This document shows positions 27,853-38,838 of a DNA stretch of 64,000 bases, piece after piece. A program made the translations under genes and the position numbers. The notes beneath the pieces were generated by a model. That model worked only from the letters and a program-made list of their open reading frames with translations, did not search any database and was not told the origin of the DNA. Each line of letters opens with the position of its first letter. Position 1 is the first letter of the stretch. This stretch comes from an uncultured Acidobacteriota bacterium. Lineage in GTDB: Bacteria > Acidobacteriota > Terriglobia > Acidiferrales > UBA7541. The stretch is from the NCBI GenBank assembly GCA_963720655.1, contig CAVRFZ010000025.1, forward strand, positions 24,444 to 88,443, in the 5' to 3' direction.

Positions 27853-29019
27853 ATGAACGCTTGCGCTGGAAAGCGACTGGATCCGGGGCGGAAAAGCCCT
27901 GAGTCAATGGGGTTCGAGGGAGGGCTGCGGCGGAAGATTGTAGGGCAGGACGAAGCGGTGCAGGCCGTCGTAGACCTGTACCAGGTGTTTCGTGCCGGCC
28001 TGAACTCGCCGGGGCGGCCGGTGGGGAACCTGTTGTTCCTCGGGCCTACGGGAGCCGGCAAGACGCGCGTGGTGGAAGCCACGGCCGAGGTGCTGTTCGG
28101 CGATCCGCGGGCGGTGATCAAGGTGGATTGCGCCGAGTTTCAGCACTCGCACGAAATCGCGAAATTGATTGGGTCGCCTCCAGGGTATTTGGGGCACCGG
28201 GAGACGCATCCGCTAATCACCCAGGAAGCGCTCGCGCAATATCACACGGAGAAGCTGAAAATCTCGTTCCTCCTGTTCGACGAAATCGAGAAAGCGTCGG
28301 ATGCGCTATGGCAGCTGCTGCTGGGAATTTTGGACAAGGCCACACTCACGCTGGGAGACAACCGGCGAGTGGATTTGTCGCAGACGATGATTTTCATGAC
28401 CTCGAACCTGGGCGGCGGGGAAATCACGGAACTGATGACTGGCGGAATGGGGTTCGCGCCGACGGTACCGGCCGATTCCAAGCCGCGCCTCGATGAGAAG
28501 GTGGAAAAGACAGCATCGGAAGCGGCGAAGAGGAAATTCGCACCGGAGTTCATGAACCGGATCGACAAGACAATCGTGTTTCATCCGCTACGTTCAGAGC
28601 AGCTGGAACAGATTCTCGAGATCGAGCTGGGCATGGTGCAACAGCGCGTACTCGAGACAGCCAAGGGTCGTTTCTTGTTCCGCGTGATGCCAGGCGCGCG
28701 GCAATTCCTACTTCGCGAAGGTACAGACCTCAAGTACGGAGCCCGCCACTTGAAACGTGCCATCGAGCGCAGGCTCGTTTACCCAATCGCGAATCTGCTC
28801 TCAACCGAACAGGTGCGCCTGGGAGACATGATTTCGGTGGATTGCAGTGGCACTGACAGCGACCTTGTGTTTCTAAAAGAAGCCGAAGGCGCGCTGATCC
28901 CCCTCCCTGCTCTGCAAAAAACAAATGAGGCTGTCTCTGCCAGTTCAGGAGGCCGGGCGATACCGGTCGAGCCAGGAGTGGCGGTCGCCGAACGGCTACC
29001 GCTTCGGCCAACGCGCTGA
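27853..29019 (+). CDS. stand-alone Clp/Hsp100 D2-type AAA+ ATPase
   Basis: IVGQDEAV...RPVGNLLFLGPTGAGKT Walker A, LLFDEIEKA Walker B, sensor and arginine regions (FAPEFMNRID, GARHLKRAIE). No N-domain, D1 or middle domain. ATG follows a GGGGAGG SD. Confidence 0.75.
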   Translation: MNACAGKRLDPGRKSPESMGFEGGLRRKIVGQDEAVQAVVDLYQVFRAGLNSPGRPVGNLLFLGPTGAGKTRVVEATAEVLFGDPRAVIKVDCAEFQHSHEIAKLIGSPPGYLGHRETHPLITQEALAQYHTEKLKISFLLFDEIEKASDALWQLLLGILDKATLTLGDNRRVDLSQTMIFMTSNLGGGEITELMTGGMGFAPTVPADSKPRLDEKVEKTASEAAKRKFAPEFMNRIDKTIVFHPLRSEQLEQILEIELGMVQQRVLETAKGRFLFRVMPGARQFLLREGTDLKYGARHLKRAIERRLVYPIANLLSTEQVRLGDMISVDCSGTDSDLVFLKEAEGALIPLPALQKTNEAVSASSGGRAIPVEPGVAVAERLPLRPTR

Positions 29020-29100
29020 GGCGCTGCCGTTCTCGCGGAATCCAGGCCATACCTGACCTTTCCGACCGGCGATGCCAAAACCAAATATGCAGGGGGAAAA

Positions 29101-31125
29101 ATGTTGGAGTTCCTAACCAGCCGCGTCAAAGGGCGCTCAACTGGTCTATTCCAAGCCGCGCTCTGCGTGGCGGTTTGCGCGCTCTTCGCATTGCCTGCAA
29201 GGTCACAGCAGAAGCCCACTGATCTTGCGGATTCCAGCCTCGAAGATTTGATGAATGTTCAGGTCACCTCGGTTTCCAAGACGGAGCAGAAGATATCGCA
29301 GGTAGCGGCAGCCATTTTTGTGATTACGCAGGAGGACATTCGACGCTCAGGTGCAACCAATATCCCGGACCTGCTTCGCATGGTGCCGGGGCTCGACGTG
29401 GCGCAGATCAATGGCAACACCTGGGCTATCAGTTCTCGAGGCTTCAACCTTCAGTTCGCGAACAAACTTCTGGTGCTTATCGATGGCCGAGCGGTTTACT
29501 CACCGCTTTTCGGCGGCGTTGACTGGGACACACAGGACGTGCCGCTGGAAGACATCGCACGAATCGAGGTAATTCGCGGTCCGGGAGGAACTGTCTGGGG
29601 CGCCAACGCAGTGAATGGGGTAATCAACATCATTACGAAAAAGGCGGCAGATACTCACGGCGGGATGGTAGTAGCGGGCGGAGGCAACGTCGATCAGGAA
29701 TTCGGTACCGTTCAGTATGGGGGCGCAGCTAAGAACACGGACTACCGAATCTTTGCGAAATATCAGAACTACGATCGTTTTCTGGACTTGAACAACCAGG
29801 ATGGACAGGACGGTTGGCATTTATTGCACGGCGGATTCCGCATGGACTCGAATCTTTCCGCTAAAGACTCTTTGACAACAGAGGGAGATCTGTACAGCGG
29901 AAGCGAAGGGGCGATCATTGTCCATAGCGAATTTAACCCGCCTGACAATGTCAATGTTGCTCGCCTCACCGGGCTCTCGGGCGGAAACATCCTGAGCCGC
30001 TGGCAGCACACTTTTTCGAACGGGTCCGACGCCACCCTGCAGGTCTATTTCGACCGTTACGCGCGCTCGGGACCCGAATCGCGCGAGGATCGCAACACTG
30101 TTGACCTCGAATTTCATCATCACTTTGCGTGGGGCTCGCGGCAGGATTTCATCTGGGGCTTTGGTTATCGTCACACCTCGGATCAGACGGCAGGCACGAT
30201 CGATCAGTCATTTGTTCCCTCGGACTTTGCCGGTGAACTGTTCAATTTCTTCGTTCAAGATCAAATCACCCTAAAACCAGATCGTGTGTTTTTGACGATT
30301 GGAACGAAGCTTGAAAATGAGTATTTCACGGGATTTGATCCAGAGCCCACCGCTCGCGTCGCTTGGACTCCCAGCGGACAGCATACTTTCTGGGCCGCGG
30401 TTTCACGTGCGGCTCGCACCCCCACTCGTCGTGACAGAGGACTCGATGCGGTTCTCGCCGCATTGCCCGGACCGGCCGAGGTTGTGCTGTTGGGCGATCC
30501 GGACTTCCAAGCGGAACATGTTGTAGCTTACGAAGCCGGCTACCGCGCCCAGCCGCTTGCCCGTCTCTCGGTCGACGGGACGATTTTTTACAATAGCTAC
30601 ACTTCTCTTGAAAGTGTCGAGCCACTCCCTGACGTCGTTCAATCCAATCCTCCTCTCCTGATCCATCCGCAAACTTTCGGTAATGGCCTGTACGGTGAGA
30701 CTGAAGGCGTCGAAGTATTTGCGAGTTGGAAGGTGACTAATCGATGGACGCTCAGTCCGGGATATGCCTTTCTGGAAATGCATCTTCACGCCGCTCGGAG
30801 CAGCCAGGACACGACGAGCATTTCTGACATTCAGGGCACAAATCCGGTTCACCAGGCCCAACTTCGGTCTCACGTCGCGATGCTCCATGGTCTTTCCTGG
30901 GATGCTGCCGCGTACTTTGTAGATCGCCTCCCCGATCCGCAGATTGCCGCTTATACCCGCGTGGATACACAACTGAGCTGGCGAATCGCGGAATCCGTGG
31001 ACTTGAGTGTAGTCGGTCAAAACCTGCTCCACGATCATCACGTGGAGTTCAACGATCCACTCCAGAGCGTGAATTCCTCGCAGGTGGCACGCAGTATCTA
31101 CTCCAAATTTACTTGGCGGTTCTAG
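29101..31125 (+). CDS. TonB-dependent outer-membrane receptor
   Basis: Signal peptide, plug-domain motifs (DLMNVQVTSVSK, IEVIRGPGGTVWGANAVNGVINIITK), and a C-terminal aromatic end (SKFTWRF). Confidence 0.85.
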   Translation: MLEFLTSRVKGRSTGLFQAALCVAVCALFALPARSQQKPTDLADSSLEDLMNVQVTSVSKTEQKISQVAAAIFVITQEDIRRSGATNIPDLLRMVPGLDVAQINGNTWAISSRGFNLQFANKLLVLIDGRAVYSPLFGGVDWDTQDVPLEDIARIEVIRGPGGTVWGANAVNGVINIITKKAADTHGGMVVAGGGNVDQEFGTVQYGGAAKNTDYRIFAKYQNYDRFLDLNNQDGQDGWHLLHGGFRMDSNLSAKDSLTTEGDLYSGSEGAIIVHSEFNPPDNVNVARLTGLSGGNILSRWQHTFSNGSDATLQVYFDRYARSGPESREDRNTVDLEFHHHFAWGSRQDFIWGFGYRHTSDQTAGTIDQSFVPSDFAGELFNFFVQDQITLKPDRVFLTIGTKLENEYFTGFDPEPTARVAWTPSGQHTFWAAVSRAARTPTRRDRGLDAVLAALPGPAEVVLLGDPDFQAEHVVAYEAGYRAQPLARLSVDGTIFYNSYTSLESVEPLPDVVQSNPPLLIHPQTFGNGLYGETEGVEVFASWKVTNRWTLSPGYAFLEMHLHAARSSQDTTSISDIQGTNPVHQAQLRSHVAMLHGLSWDAAAYFVDRLPDPQIAAYTRVDTQLSWRIAESVDLSVVGQNLLHDHHVEFNDPLQSVNSSQVARSIYSKFTWRF

Positions 31126-31159
31126 AGAGGAGTGAAAGCGATTTAGGCCGGGACAAACC

Positions 31160-31795
31160 ATGGGACCCTCCTGCCAGCAAGCGAGCGCTGCCGTGCCGCG
31201 CGTCCCCGCGATGTGCATGAGGCTCGTGCTCGCTTTCATCATTCTGATTTCGCATTCGATCGCGGATTCGTCAGCCCTTATTGCTCAAACGAAGACGGCC
31301 ACTGAATATCAGGTGAAAGCCGCGTTCCTCTACAATTTCGCTAAATTTGTTGAGTGGCCGCCATCCGCTTTTAGCGATGCGAAGCAACCGCTCGACATTT
31401 GTGTCTACGGACGCGATCCGTTCGGAAGTGCTCTGGAAGATGCGCTGCTCGGAAAGACGATAGGTGAACGCCGCGTTGGCCTTGGACGGGCCACGCAATT
31501 CCAAGACCTTGCGGGTTGCCAGGTGGTTTTCCTGGGCGCCCCGGCGCGCGAATCCGCGGCGGAGTTGGCCAATCGGCTAAAAGGCCGCGCGGTTCTACTC
31601 GTTGGTGAAAGCGACGGCTTCGCAGCCTCCGGCGGCACGATCCAGTTCACGATCGAAGATAACCGCGTACATTTCGTCATCAATCCAGACGCGGCGGATC
31701 GAGCGGGCCTGAAGATCAGCTCAAAACTTCTGGCCCTGGCCAAAATCGTGCGCGATTCGAATCGGTCGGTTGCCGCCGGGAGCCCACTGCGATGA
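31160..31795 (+). CDS. YfiR-family (DUF4154) periplasmic protein
   Basis: YQVKAAFLYNFAKFVEWP and KISSKLLALAK are hallmark DUF4154 motifs. The start may be at 31208. Confidence 0.8.
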   Translation: MGPSCQQASAAVPRVPAMCMRLVLAFIILISHSIADSSALIAQTKTATEYQVKAAFLYNFAKFVEWPPSAFSDAKQPLDICVYGRDPFGSALEDALLGKTIGERRVGLGRATQFQDLAGCQVVFLGAPARESAAELANRLKGRAVLLVGESDGFAASGGTIQFTIEDNRVHFVINPDAADRAGLKISSKLLALAKIVRDSNRSVAAGSPLR

Positions 31796-34700
31796 TGCCA
31801 TCGAGCAGATATTCGATTCGGCGCAAGATCACGGAACTGGTTCTGGTCACCTGCGCGGTGGCAGTCCTTGTGGCCTGCGGTGTTTTTGCGGTCTACGACA
31901 TCGTGAGCTCCCGAGAGGCGCTCGCGCGCGACCTTATGACTATCGCGCAGATCACCGGATCCAACAGCACCGCCGCTCTTACGTTCGATGACGCTCAATC
32001 CGCCAATGAAATTCTCAGTTCGCTTAGCTCCAAACCACACATCGTCGAGGCGTGCATCTATAGGCGCGACGGAAGCGTTTTTGCCAAGTACAGCAGCGAC
32101 CCCTCCGCGGCGGATTTCTTGCCGCCTCCGGTTTCTCCCGACGGCGTGCGATCAATTAACGAATTCATGGAGGTTTTTCGTGAAATTCGTTTGAAGAACG
32201 AGGTTGTGGGCGCGATTTATGTGAAATCCGACCTTAAGGAGCTCAGCGCCCGCGAGGTTCGTTTCGCCTGGACGATTCTTGGAGTGATCTTACTTTCGTT
32301 CTTGTCCGTATATTTCTCCGCAGCCAAGTTGCAGCGGCTCATTTCCGATCCGATTCTGGATTTGGCCCGTGCCGCCTTCGCCGTTTCTACCGGAAAAGAC
32401 TATTCGCTCCGAGTCAGGAAGTGGAATGACGACGAAATCGGTTTTCTGTTTGACCGTTTCAACGAAATGCTGGGCCAGATTCAGGAACGCGACGTCGCTC
32501 TTCAGCAAGCGCGCGAGAGCCTGGAACTGCGCGTTCACGAACGCACGCTAGACTTGAAAAAAGAGATCGTCCAAAAGACAGCAGCCCAAGAGAAGCTTCA
32601 GCGCTCTCTCAGGGAGTTGGAAGATCTCAAATTTGCCCTTGACCAGCATGCCATCGTCGCCCGAACCGACGAGCGCGGAATTATCACCTTTGCCAACGAC
32701 AAGTTCTGCTCCGTTTCCCAATACAGCCGCGAAGAGCTGATCGGACAGGACCATCGGATTCTGAACTCCCGCTATCACAGCAAGGAATTCTTCGCCGGAT
32801 TGTGGGAAACGATCAAATCGGGAGAGGTGTGGAAAGGAGAAGTCAAGAATCGCGCGAAGGACGGGAGCTTTTACTGGGTTGACTCCACAATCGTTCCCTT
32901 CTGTGACGGCATCGGCAAGCCCAAGCAGTTCATCGTAATTCGCATGGACATCACAGGGCTCAAACAAATTGAAGAAGAATTGCGAGCCGCCAAGGACGTT
33001 GCCGAAGGCGCGAGCCGCGCGAAGAGCGAGTTCCTGGCCAACATGAGTCACGAAATTCGCACGCCAATGAACGGAATCATCGGCATGACCGAGCTGGCGC
33101 TCGATACGCAGTTGACCATCGAACAACGCGAATACCTCAACATGGTCAAGACCTCCGGCGTCTCGTTGTTGACACTCATCAACGACATCCTCGATTTCTC
33201 CAAGATCGAGGCGGGAAAACTAGACCTAGACGTGAGCGATTTTCCCCTGCGGCAAAGCGTCGGCGAGACCTTAAAGGCTCTCGGTTTCCGCGCGCATCAG
33301 AAGGGCCTCGAACTTGCGTGGCGCGTGGCGGAGAACGTGCCGGACCATCTGGCGGGGGACGCCAGTCGCGTGCGGCAGGTGCTTGTAAATCTGGTTGGAA
33401 ACGCAGTGAAGTTCACCGAAAAAGGAGAAATAGTCGTCGAAATCGAGCGGGATCCTAAGTCAACTGAGCAGACGATCCTTCTTCATTTCTGCGTGCGCGA
33501 TACGGGCATCGGAATTGCGAAAGAGAAACAGGACATGATCTTCGGGGCATTTACCCAAGCCGATAGCTCCACGACGAGAAGGTATGGCGGGACCGGACTC
33601 GGATTGGCGATTACAAGACGCCTCATAGATCTGATGGGCGGGAAACTGTGGCTGGAGAGCGAGCCAGGCGTGGGCAGCGCATTCCATTTTACGATTCAAT
33701 TCCAGCGAGCATCGGCCCAACCAGTTTCTGATTATCCGGATCCCCAAATCCTGTCGCACGCCTCGATTCTCGTCGTCGATGACAACGAGACAAATCGCAT
33801 CATCCTGGTTGAGATGCTCGGACGATGGGGGATGCAGATCGTGACCGCGAAAGATGCCAGAGAGGCCCTCGAAATCCTTGTACGCAGTGGAAACCGAGCC
33901 CCTCCTTCTCCGCAGTCATCTCAGATTTGCAGATGCCGGATATGGACGGATTCGAACTCGTAGAAAACATCCGCAAGAGTGTTCAGTTCGGTCAAATTCC
34001 GGTGCTCCTGCTGAGTTCGAGTGTGCAGCAAGGTGAGCACGAACGGTGCCGGCAACTGGGGATTTCAGCGTATTTGGCCAAGCCAATTCAGCCGTCGGAG
34101 CTTCTCAATGCGATTTTGAGCGCGCTGTCGCTGCATGCCAGTGAGCCGAGCCAGACGCAGGAAATGACGCAGGACAAGCCGCAGGAAGTGTTGCCACAAA
34201 GCGACCGGAGGCAAGGAATGAAAGTCTTACTTGCGGAAGATAACGCGGTCAATCGCACGCTCGCCACTCGCCTGCTTCAGAAACACGGCCACACCGTCGT
34301 TGTGGTCGAAAACGGACGCGAAGCTCTGGAAGCGCTCGAACGCGAAACCGTGGATCTGGTGTTGATGGACGTGCAGATGCCGGAGATGGACGGCCTGGAA
34401 GCCACGGCAGCGATTCGCGAAAAAGAGAAAAAGACGGGCCATCACTTGCCCATCATCGCGCTCACCGCGCACGCAATGAAAGGAGACCGCGAGAAGTGCC
34501 TGGCCGCCGGCACGGACGATTACCTGACCAAGCCGATTCGCACGGCGGATCTCTTTGCAGTTGTCGAGCGCTTGAGAAACGCAAAAACAAATACCACTTC
34601 CGAAGCACCCGCCATCACCAAAGCGCCGGCGACAAATGGTTTTGACAGCGATGCAGCGCTCAGGCACGTGGAGGGCGATCGCGACTTGCTCGATGAAATC

Positions 34701-34979
34701 ATCCGAATTTTTGCGGATCAATTCCCGAAAACACTGTACGAAATTCAGAATGCCATTCGCGCCGCCGACCTTCCTGCTCTCGAGCGAGCCGCCCATTCCC
34801 TGAAAGGCTCAGCGTCCAACCTTTTCGCGACCGGCGTGACTCAGGCTGCCGCAAAACTGGAAGAATCCGCGCGCTCCGGCGACTCTTCACGCTCTCGCGA
34901 ACAGTTTCAGGCGCTTGAAAGCGAAGTGGAAAAACTTCTGCGCGAACTCGAAGCTCTCTCGCGAAAGGTGGCCAGTTGA
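31792..34979 (+). pseudogene. hybrid sensor kinase (CHASE8-like sensor, HAMP, PAS, HisKA, HATPase, REC, REC, HPt) with an apparent -1 frame break inside the first REC
   Basis: ORF 31792-33963 ends in ILVVDDNETNRIIL...LVRSGNRAPPSP. The REC domain continues in ORF 33825-34979 as FSAVISDLQMPDMDGFEL. The break lies near the CCCC run at 33900-33905 and may be a sequencing error. Confidence 0.8.
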
Positions 34980-37135
34980 CATCGCTCTCGATTTTCGCGA
35001 GGAAGTCGCCTTCGGATTGGTTCCGCGGGAAATCCCCGGCCTCTTTCAGCGAGGCGATCCAGTATCGTCTGGTGATTGCGCTCGGATTCACCGTCCTTTA
35101 CGTAGCGTTGGATCACTCCGTCGTTTTTTTTCAGATATGGGAGGGAATCAGCGCCTGGTACCCTCCCGCCGGACTTGCCCTGGCGCTTCTCGTAGGACTT
35201 GATCTTGCTTACGCACCGCTTCTGTTGATCGCGGGGATGATCGCGGCAGGCGTCAACTATCCTCTGTCAGCGTTTTCGGTGGGATTTTGGGTTGTCAACT
35301 TCGTCGTCGCGATCGGATACACGTGCGCTGCTTACATGTTGCGCCGTCTCCGCGTTAACATCGCTTTCCGTTCTCTCCGCGATGTGAATCTGTTTGTGAT
35401 GGTGGCATTGGCAGCTTCATTTTGTGTCGCGGCTGCGGGCTCGGCAGCCTTCGTTTGGGCTGGAACGCTGCGACAAGCCGATTATCCCAAAGCGGTATTG
35501 AATTGGTGGATTGGCGATGCAGTTGCGCTGATTTGTCTCACGCCGTTTCTGCTCGTTCATGTCACTCCCTGGCTGCGCCGACGAGCTTTCCCCAAAGATT
35601 CGGTACTTTCACAACCTGATTCACCGCCATCCATCCGAGCGGTGAGCGGTTCTCCGGTCACCCGCACAATTGAAAGTTGCGCCCAAGGCGCCAGCATCCT
35701 TCTTTCCTTGTGGTTTGTGTTTGGCTGGAACCTGCTGAAGAGCTATGACCTTTTCTATCTTTTCTTTTTGCCAATTCTTTGGATTGCGGTTCGCCGCGGA
35801 TTGCGAGGAGCCACCAGCGCAGTGGTGCTGCTCAATTCCAGTGCGATGCTGATGCTTCGCATCTATTCGTCGGACTCGCAGCGGCTGACGCTCTTGCAGA
35901 TTTTGATGTTGATCGTCTCGCTCACCGGACTCTCGATCGGAACGGTGATCTCCGAGCGTGAGCTCGCCGAGCAGGAATCGAGGGAAGGTGAGGCGCGGCT
36001 CGAGGCTCTCGTGAAGTCCATTGATGAACTGGTGTTTGAATTTGATGCCGATAATAAATACAAGAACGTCTGGACGAACGACGAAACACTTCTTTTGCGG
36101 CCTAAAGGTGATTTGATTGGACGAAAGGTTACCGCGTTTCTCGATGAAGAGAGCACGCGCCCATTTCCTCCGATTTTTCAGCGGGTGCTGCGTACCGGCC
36201 GGGGCGAGAGTGTTGAATATCGCATACCCTTTCCTTCCGGGGAGCGCTGGTTCTTGGGCCGGGTTACTGCGATTCCGACGGCGGGAGGCGTGCCTAAAAC
36301 GGTTTGCATGACGGCGCGCGACATCACCGGCCTCAAACGAGCCGAACAAGATTTGCGCAGCGCCCGCGATGCCGCCGAAGCAGCGAGCCGCGCGAAGAGC
36401 GAATTCGTCGCCAATATGAGCCACGAAATACGCACTCCCATGAACGGGATTATCGGGATGACCGAACTGGCCCTTGATACCGAATTGACCGCCGATCAGC
36501 GCGAATATATGGAGCTTGTGAAGCTTTCTGCCGATTCATTATTGGCGCTTCTGAACGATATTCTCGATTTCTCCAAAATCGAAGCCGGAAAGATGGACTT
36601 GGACCCGCTGGAGTTCGCGGTGCAGGAGAATCTGGACGAAGCCTTGAAACTGATGCGATTTCGAGCCCGGCAGAAAGCCCTCGTGTTCGAATGGCGGATC
36701 GCGTCCGACGTCCCGCCGGTATTGATTGGCGACCCCGTAAGGTTGCGACAGGTACTGATCAATCTGGTGGGGAACGCGATCAAGTTTACAGAGCGCGGGG
36801 GCATCGATGTGGACGTCGCTTGCGGTCATCGCGAGGGTCAAAGTCTCGAGGTGGTATTCCGGGTGCGCGACACGGGGATTGGAATTCCCTCCGAAAAGCA
36901 GGCTCTGATTTTTGACGCCTTCACGCAAGCGGATAGTTCCACAACGCGAAGGTTCGGCGGCACCGGTCTCGGCCTCGCGATATCAAGCAGCCTCATCAAG
37001 TTGATGGGAGGCCAGATCTCGGTGGAAAGCGAGCCCGGAAAGGGCAGCACCTTTATGTTTACAGCGAAATTTGGACTACCGGCTGCCGAGTACTTGAATG
37101 CGATCCAGCCAAACCATCCAGAGAGGGTACGATGA
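34976..37135 (+). CDS. membrane sensor histidine kinase (MASE1-like TM domain, PAS, HisKA, HATPase)
   Basis: About 300 aa of polytopic N-terminus, then PAS, H-box [15 protein letters not shown], and [10 protein letters not shown]. The start overlaps the upstream stop by 4 nt. Confidence 0.8.
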   Translation: MTSLSIFARKSPSDWFRGKSPASFSEAIQYRLVIALGFTVLYVALDHSVVFFQIWEGISAWYPPAGLALALLVGLDLAYAPLLLIAGMIAAGVNYPLSAFSVGFWVVNFVVAIGYTCAAYMLRRLRVNIAFRSLRDVNLFVMVALAASFCVAAAGSAAFVWAGTLRQADYPKAVLNWWIGDAVALICLTPFLLVHVTPWLRRRAFPKDSVLSQPDSPPSIRAVSGSPVTRTIESCAQGASILLSLWFVFGWNLLKSYDLFYLFFLPILWIAVRRGLRGATSAVVLLNSSAMLMLRIYSSDSQRLTLLQILMLIVSLTGLSIGTVISERELAEQESREGEARLEALVKSIDELVFEFDADNKYKNVWTNDETLLLRPKGDLIGRKVTAFLDEESTRPFPPIFQRVLRTGRGESVEYRIPFPSGERWFLGRVTAIPTAGGVPKTVCMTARDITGLKRAEQDLRSARDAAEAASRAKSEFVANMSHEIRTPMNGIIGMTELALDTELTADQREYMELVKLSADSLLALLNDILDFSKIEAGKMDLDPLEFAVQENLDEALKLMRFRARQKALVFEWRIASDVPPVLIGDPVRLRQVLINLVGNAIKFTERGGIDVDVACGHREGQSLEVVFRVRDTGIGIPSEKQALIFDAFTQADSSTTRRFGGTGLGLAISSSLIKLMGGQISVESEPGKGSTFMFTAKFGLPAAEYLNAIQPNHPERVR

Positions 37136-38100
37136 TGATGGACCAAAAAGAAAACAAAGAGCGCATCCTCATTGCCGAGGATGATCCTGTTTCGCGACGC
37201 GTGCTCGAGACCCTGCTCAAAAAATGGGGCCACGAAATCGTGGTCGCAAACGATGGTCTGGAAGCAGTGCGCCTGCTGGAGAGCCGGGAGGCTCCGCGAC
37301 TCGCCGTTCTGGACTGGATGATGCCTGGCTTGGAGGGCGTTCAGGTCTGCCAGCGAATTCGCCAGGACACTACGCGACCGTATATGTACCTGCTGCTGCT
37401 CACCGCGCGCAGCCAAAAGGATGATCTCGTGCGCGGACTGGAGTCCGGCGCCGACGACTATCTGACCAAGCCCTTCGACGCACAGGAATTGCGAGCGCGC
37501 CTGCACGTCGGGAAGCGAATTTTAGAATTGCAGGACAATTTGATCGCTGCCCGCGAAAAGCTGCTCTACCAGGCCACTCACGACGCGCTCACGGGAATTT
37601 CCAATCGCGGAGTGAGTCTGGACGCGCTTCGCCGTGAGCGCTCTCGCCAAACCCGAGAAAGCGGTTTCTTCGCGATCGCGCTGCTCGACATCGATCATTT
37701 CAAATACGTCAACGACACATACGGCCACCTCGCCGGGGACGCGGTACTTACCGAGGCGGCTCAGCGAATCAAGAGCTGCATTCGGCCCTACGACACTTTA
37801 GGACGTTATGGAGGTGAGGAATTCCTGATTGTCCTTCCTACAGCCGATGGGCCCGGAGCTGCGTGTGTCGCCGAGAGAATCCGCGCAGCATTTGAATCGC
37901 AGCCAATCGTCACCGAGCGTGACAAGATCGCGATTACCGTAAGCCTCGGAATCGCCGCGAGTGGAGGACAGAACTCCTTCGATGCGGAATCGCTCTTGCA
38001 GAGGGCAGACGAAGCGCTCTATCGCGCGAAGCAGATGGGACGCAATCGTGTGGAAGTCGCAGTCCCATCGATAGAGGATGAGGGCGTGACCTCAGCCTAG
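37132..38100 (+). CDS. response regulator - GGDEF diguanylate cyclase
   Basis: Receiver ([25 protein letters not shown]) followed by a GGDEF domain with the active-site RYGGEEF. Confidence 0.9.
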   Translation: MMMDQKENKERILIAEDDPVSRRVLETLLKKWGHEIVVANDGLEAVRLLESREAPRLAVLDWMMPGLEGVQVCQRIRQDTTRPYMYLLLLTARSQKDDLVRGLESGADDYLTKPFDAQELRARLHVGKRILELQDNLIAAREKLLYQATHDALTGISNRGVSLDALRRERSRQTRESGFFAIALLDIDHFKYVNDTYGHLAGDAVLTEAAQRIKSCIRPYDTLGRYGGEEFLIVLPTADGPGAACVAERIRAAFESQPIVTERDKIAITVSLGIAASGGQNSFDAESLLQRADEALYRAKQMGRNRVEVAVPSIEDEGVTSA

Positions 38101-38170
38101 TTGCCGGTTGCTAATGACGCAATCAAAGCTGAATCGCTCTGAACCATTGGCATGAGACACTACGACGAAT

Positions 38171-38662
38171 ATGGGCCGCAAGAGGGTCTTCGTCGCGCAA
38201 TCAATAATTAATGCGCCTGCGGAAGAAGTTTTTCGCTGGCACGCCGAGGCCCGTGCGCTTGAGCGATTGACGCCGCCCTGGGAGCCGCTGGAAGTGCTGC
38301 AGCCGGCGCCTGGTATACGCAACGGCGACCGCGGAATGCTGCGAGTGAAAGTCGGCCCGTTTCGCGTCCGCTGGGAATTCGAGCACCGCGACTACGTGGA
38401 GGGACGTCAATTTCGCGATGTCCAGATTCGAGGTCCATTTCGACGTTGGGACCACACGCATCGCATGATGCCGGAAGGCCCTAAGTCCTGCCGGCTCGAG
38501 GATCGCGTCGAATATGAATTGCCCCTTGGATTTATTGGCAGTCTCCTCGGAGGCTGGTTTGTAGACAAGAAGCTGCGGAAATTATTTCGCTATCGGCACA
38601 ATGTCACGGCAGAAGCAATGGCCGATCAGAACAATAGCAGTGCGACGCCGGAAGTGGCTTAA
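38171..38662 (+). CDS. SRPBCC-superfamily (cyclase/dehydrase-like) protein
   Basis: 163 aa. INAPAEEVFRWH...W(E)FEH...F.D.Q..GPF..W.H.H follows the polyketide_cyc2-like pattern. Confidence 0.65.
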   Translation: MGRKRVFVAQSIINAPAEEVFRWHAEARALERLTPPWEPLEVLQPAPGIRNGDRGMLRVKVGPFRVRWEFEHRDYVEGRQFRDVQIRGPFRRWDHTHRMMPEGPKSCRLEDRVEYELPLGFIGSLLGGWFVDKKLRKLFRYRHNVTAEAMADQNNSSATPEVA

Positions 38663-38681
38663 TCAGGGCATCTTATTTGTA

Positions 38682-38697
38682 CATACGGTACCGTATG
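38682..38697. promoter_or_regulatory. perfect 16-bp palindrome CATACGGTACCGTATG upstream of gltA
   Basis: Exact dyad symmetry, read directly from the sequence, about 140 nt upstream of the citrate synthase ATG and 20 nt after the SRPBCC stop. Confidence 0.35.
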
Positions 38698-38838
38698 GTG
38701 ACGCTGGCATTAACATCTGGTAGCGTCGGGGCGATTCCAGTTTCGCAAGCACAGGAAATTGGTATACATTTAGCGTAGAGAGGTAGCGACTGCGCACGCG
38801 CAGAGCGCCGTGGATGTAAGGCGCGAAGGGATTGAGCG

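Noticed and set aside
35621-36424. 267-aa minus-strand ORF (and similar ones at 39166-39855, 44738-45433, 46942-47643, 52918-53571, 53540-54076)
   Set aside because: All are antisense to genes with strong family signatures (kinases, gltA, gdh, aldolase). None has motifs of its own.
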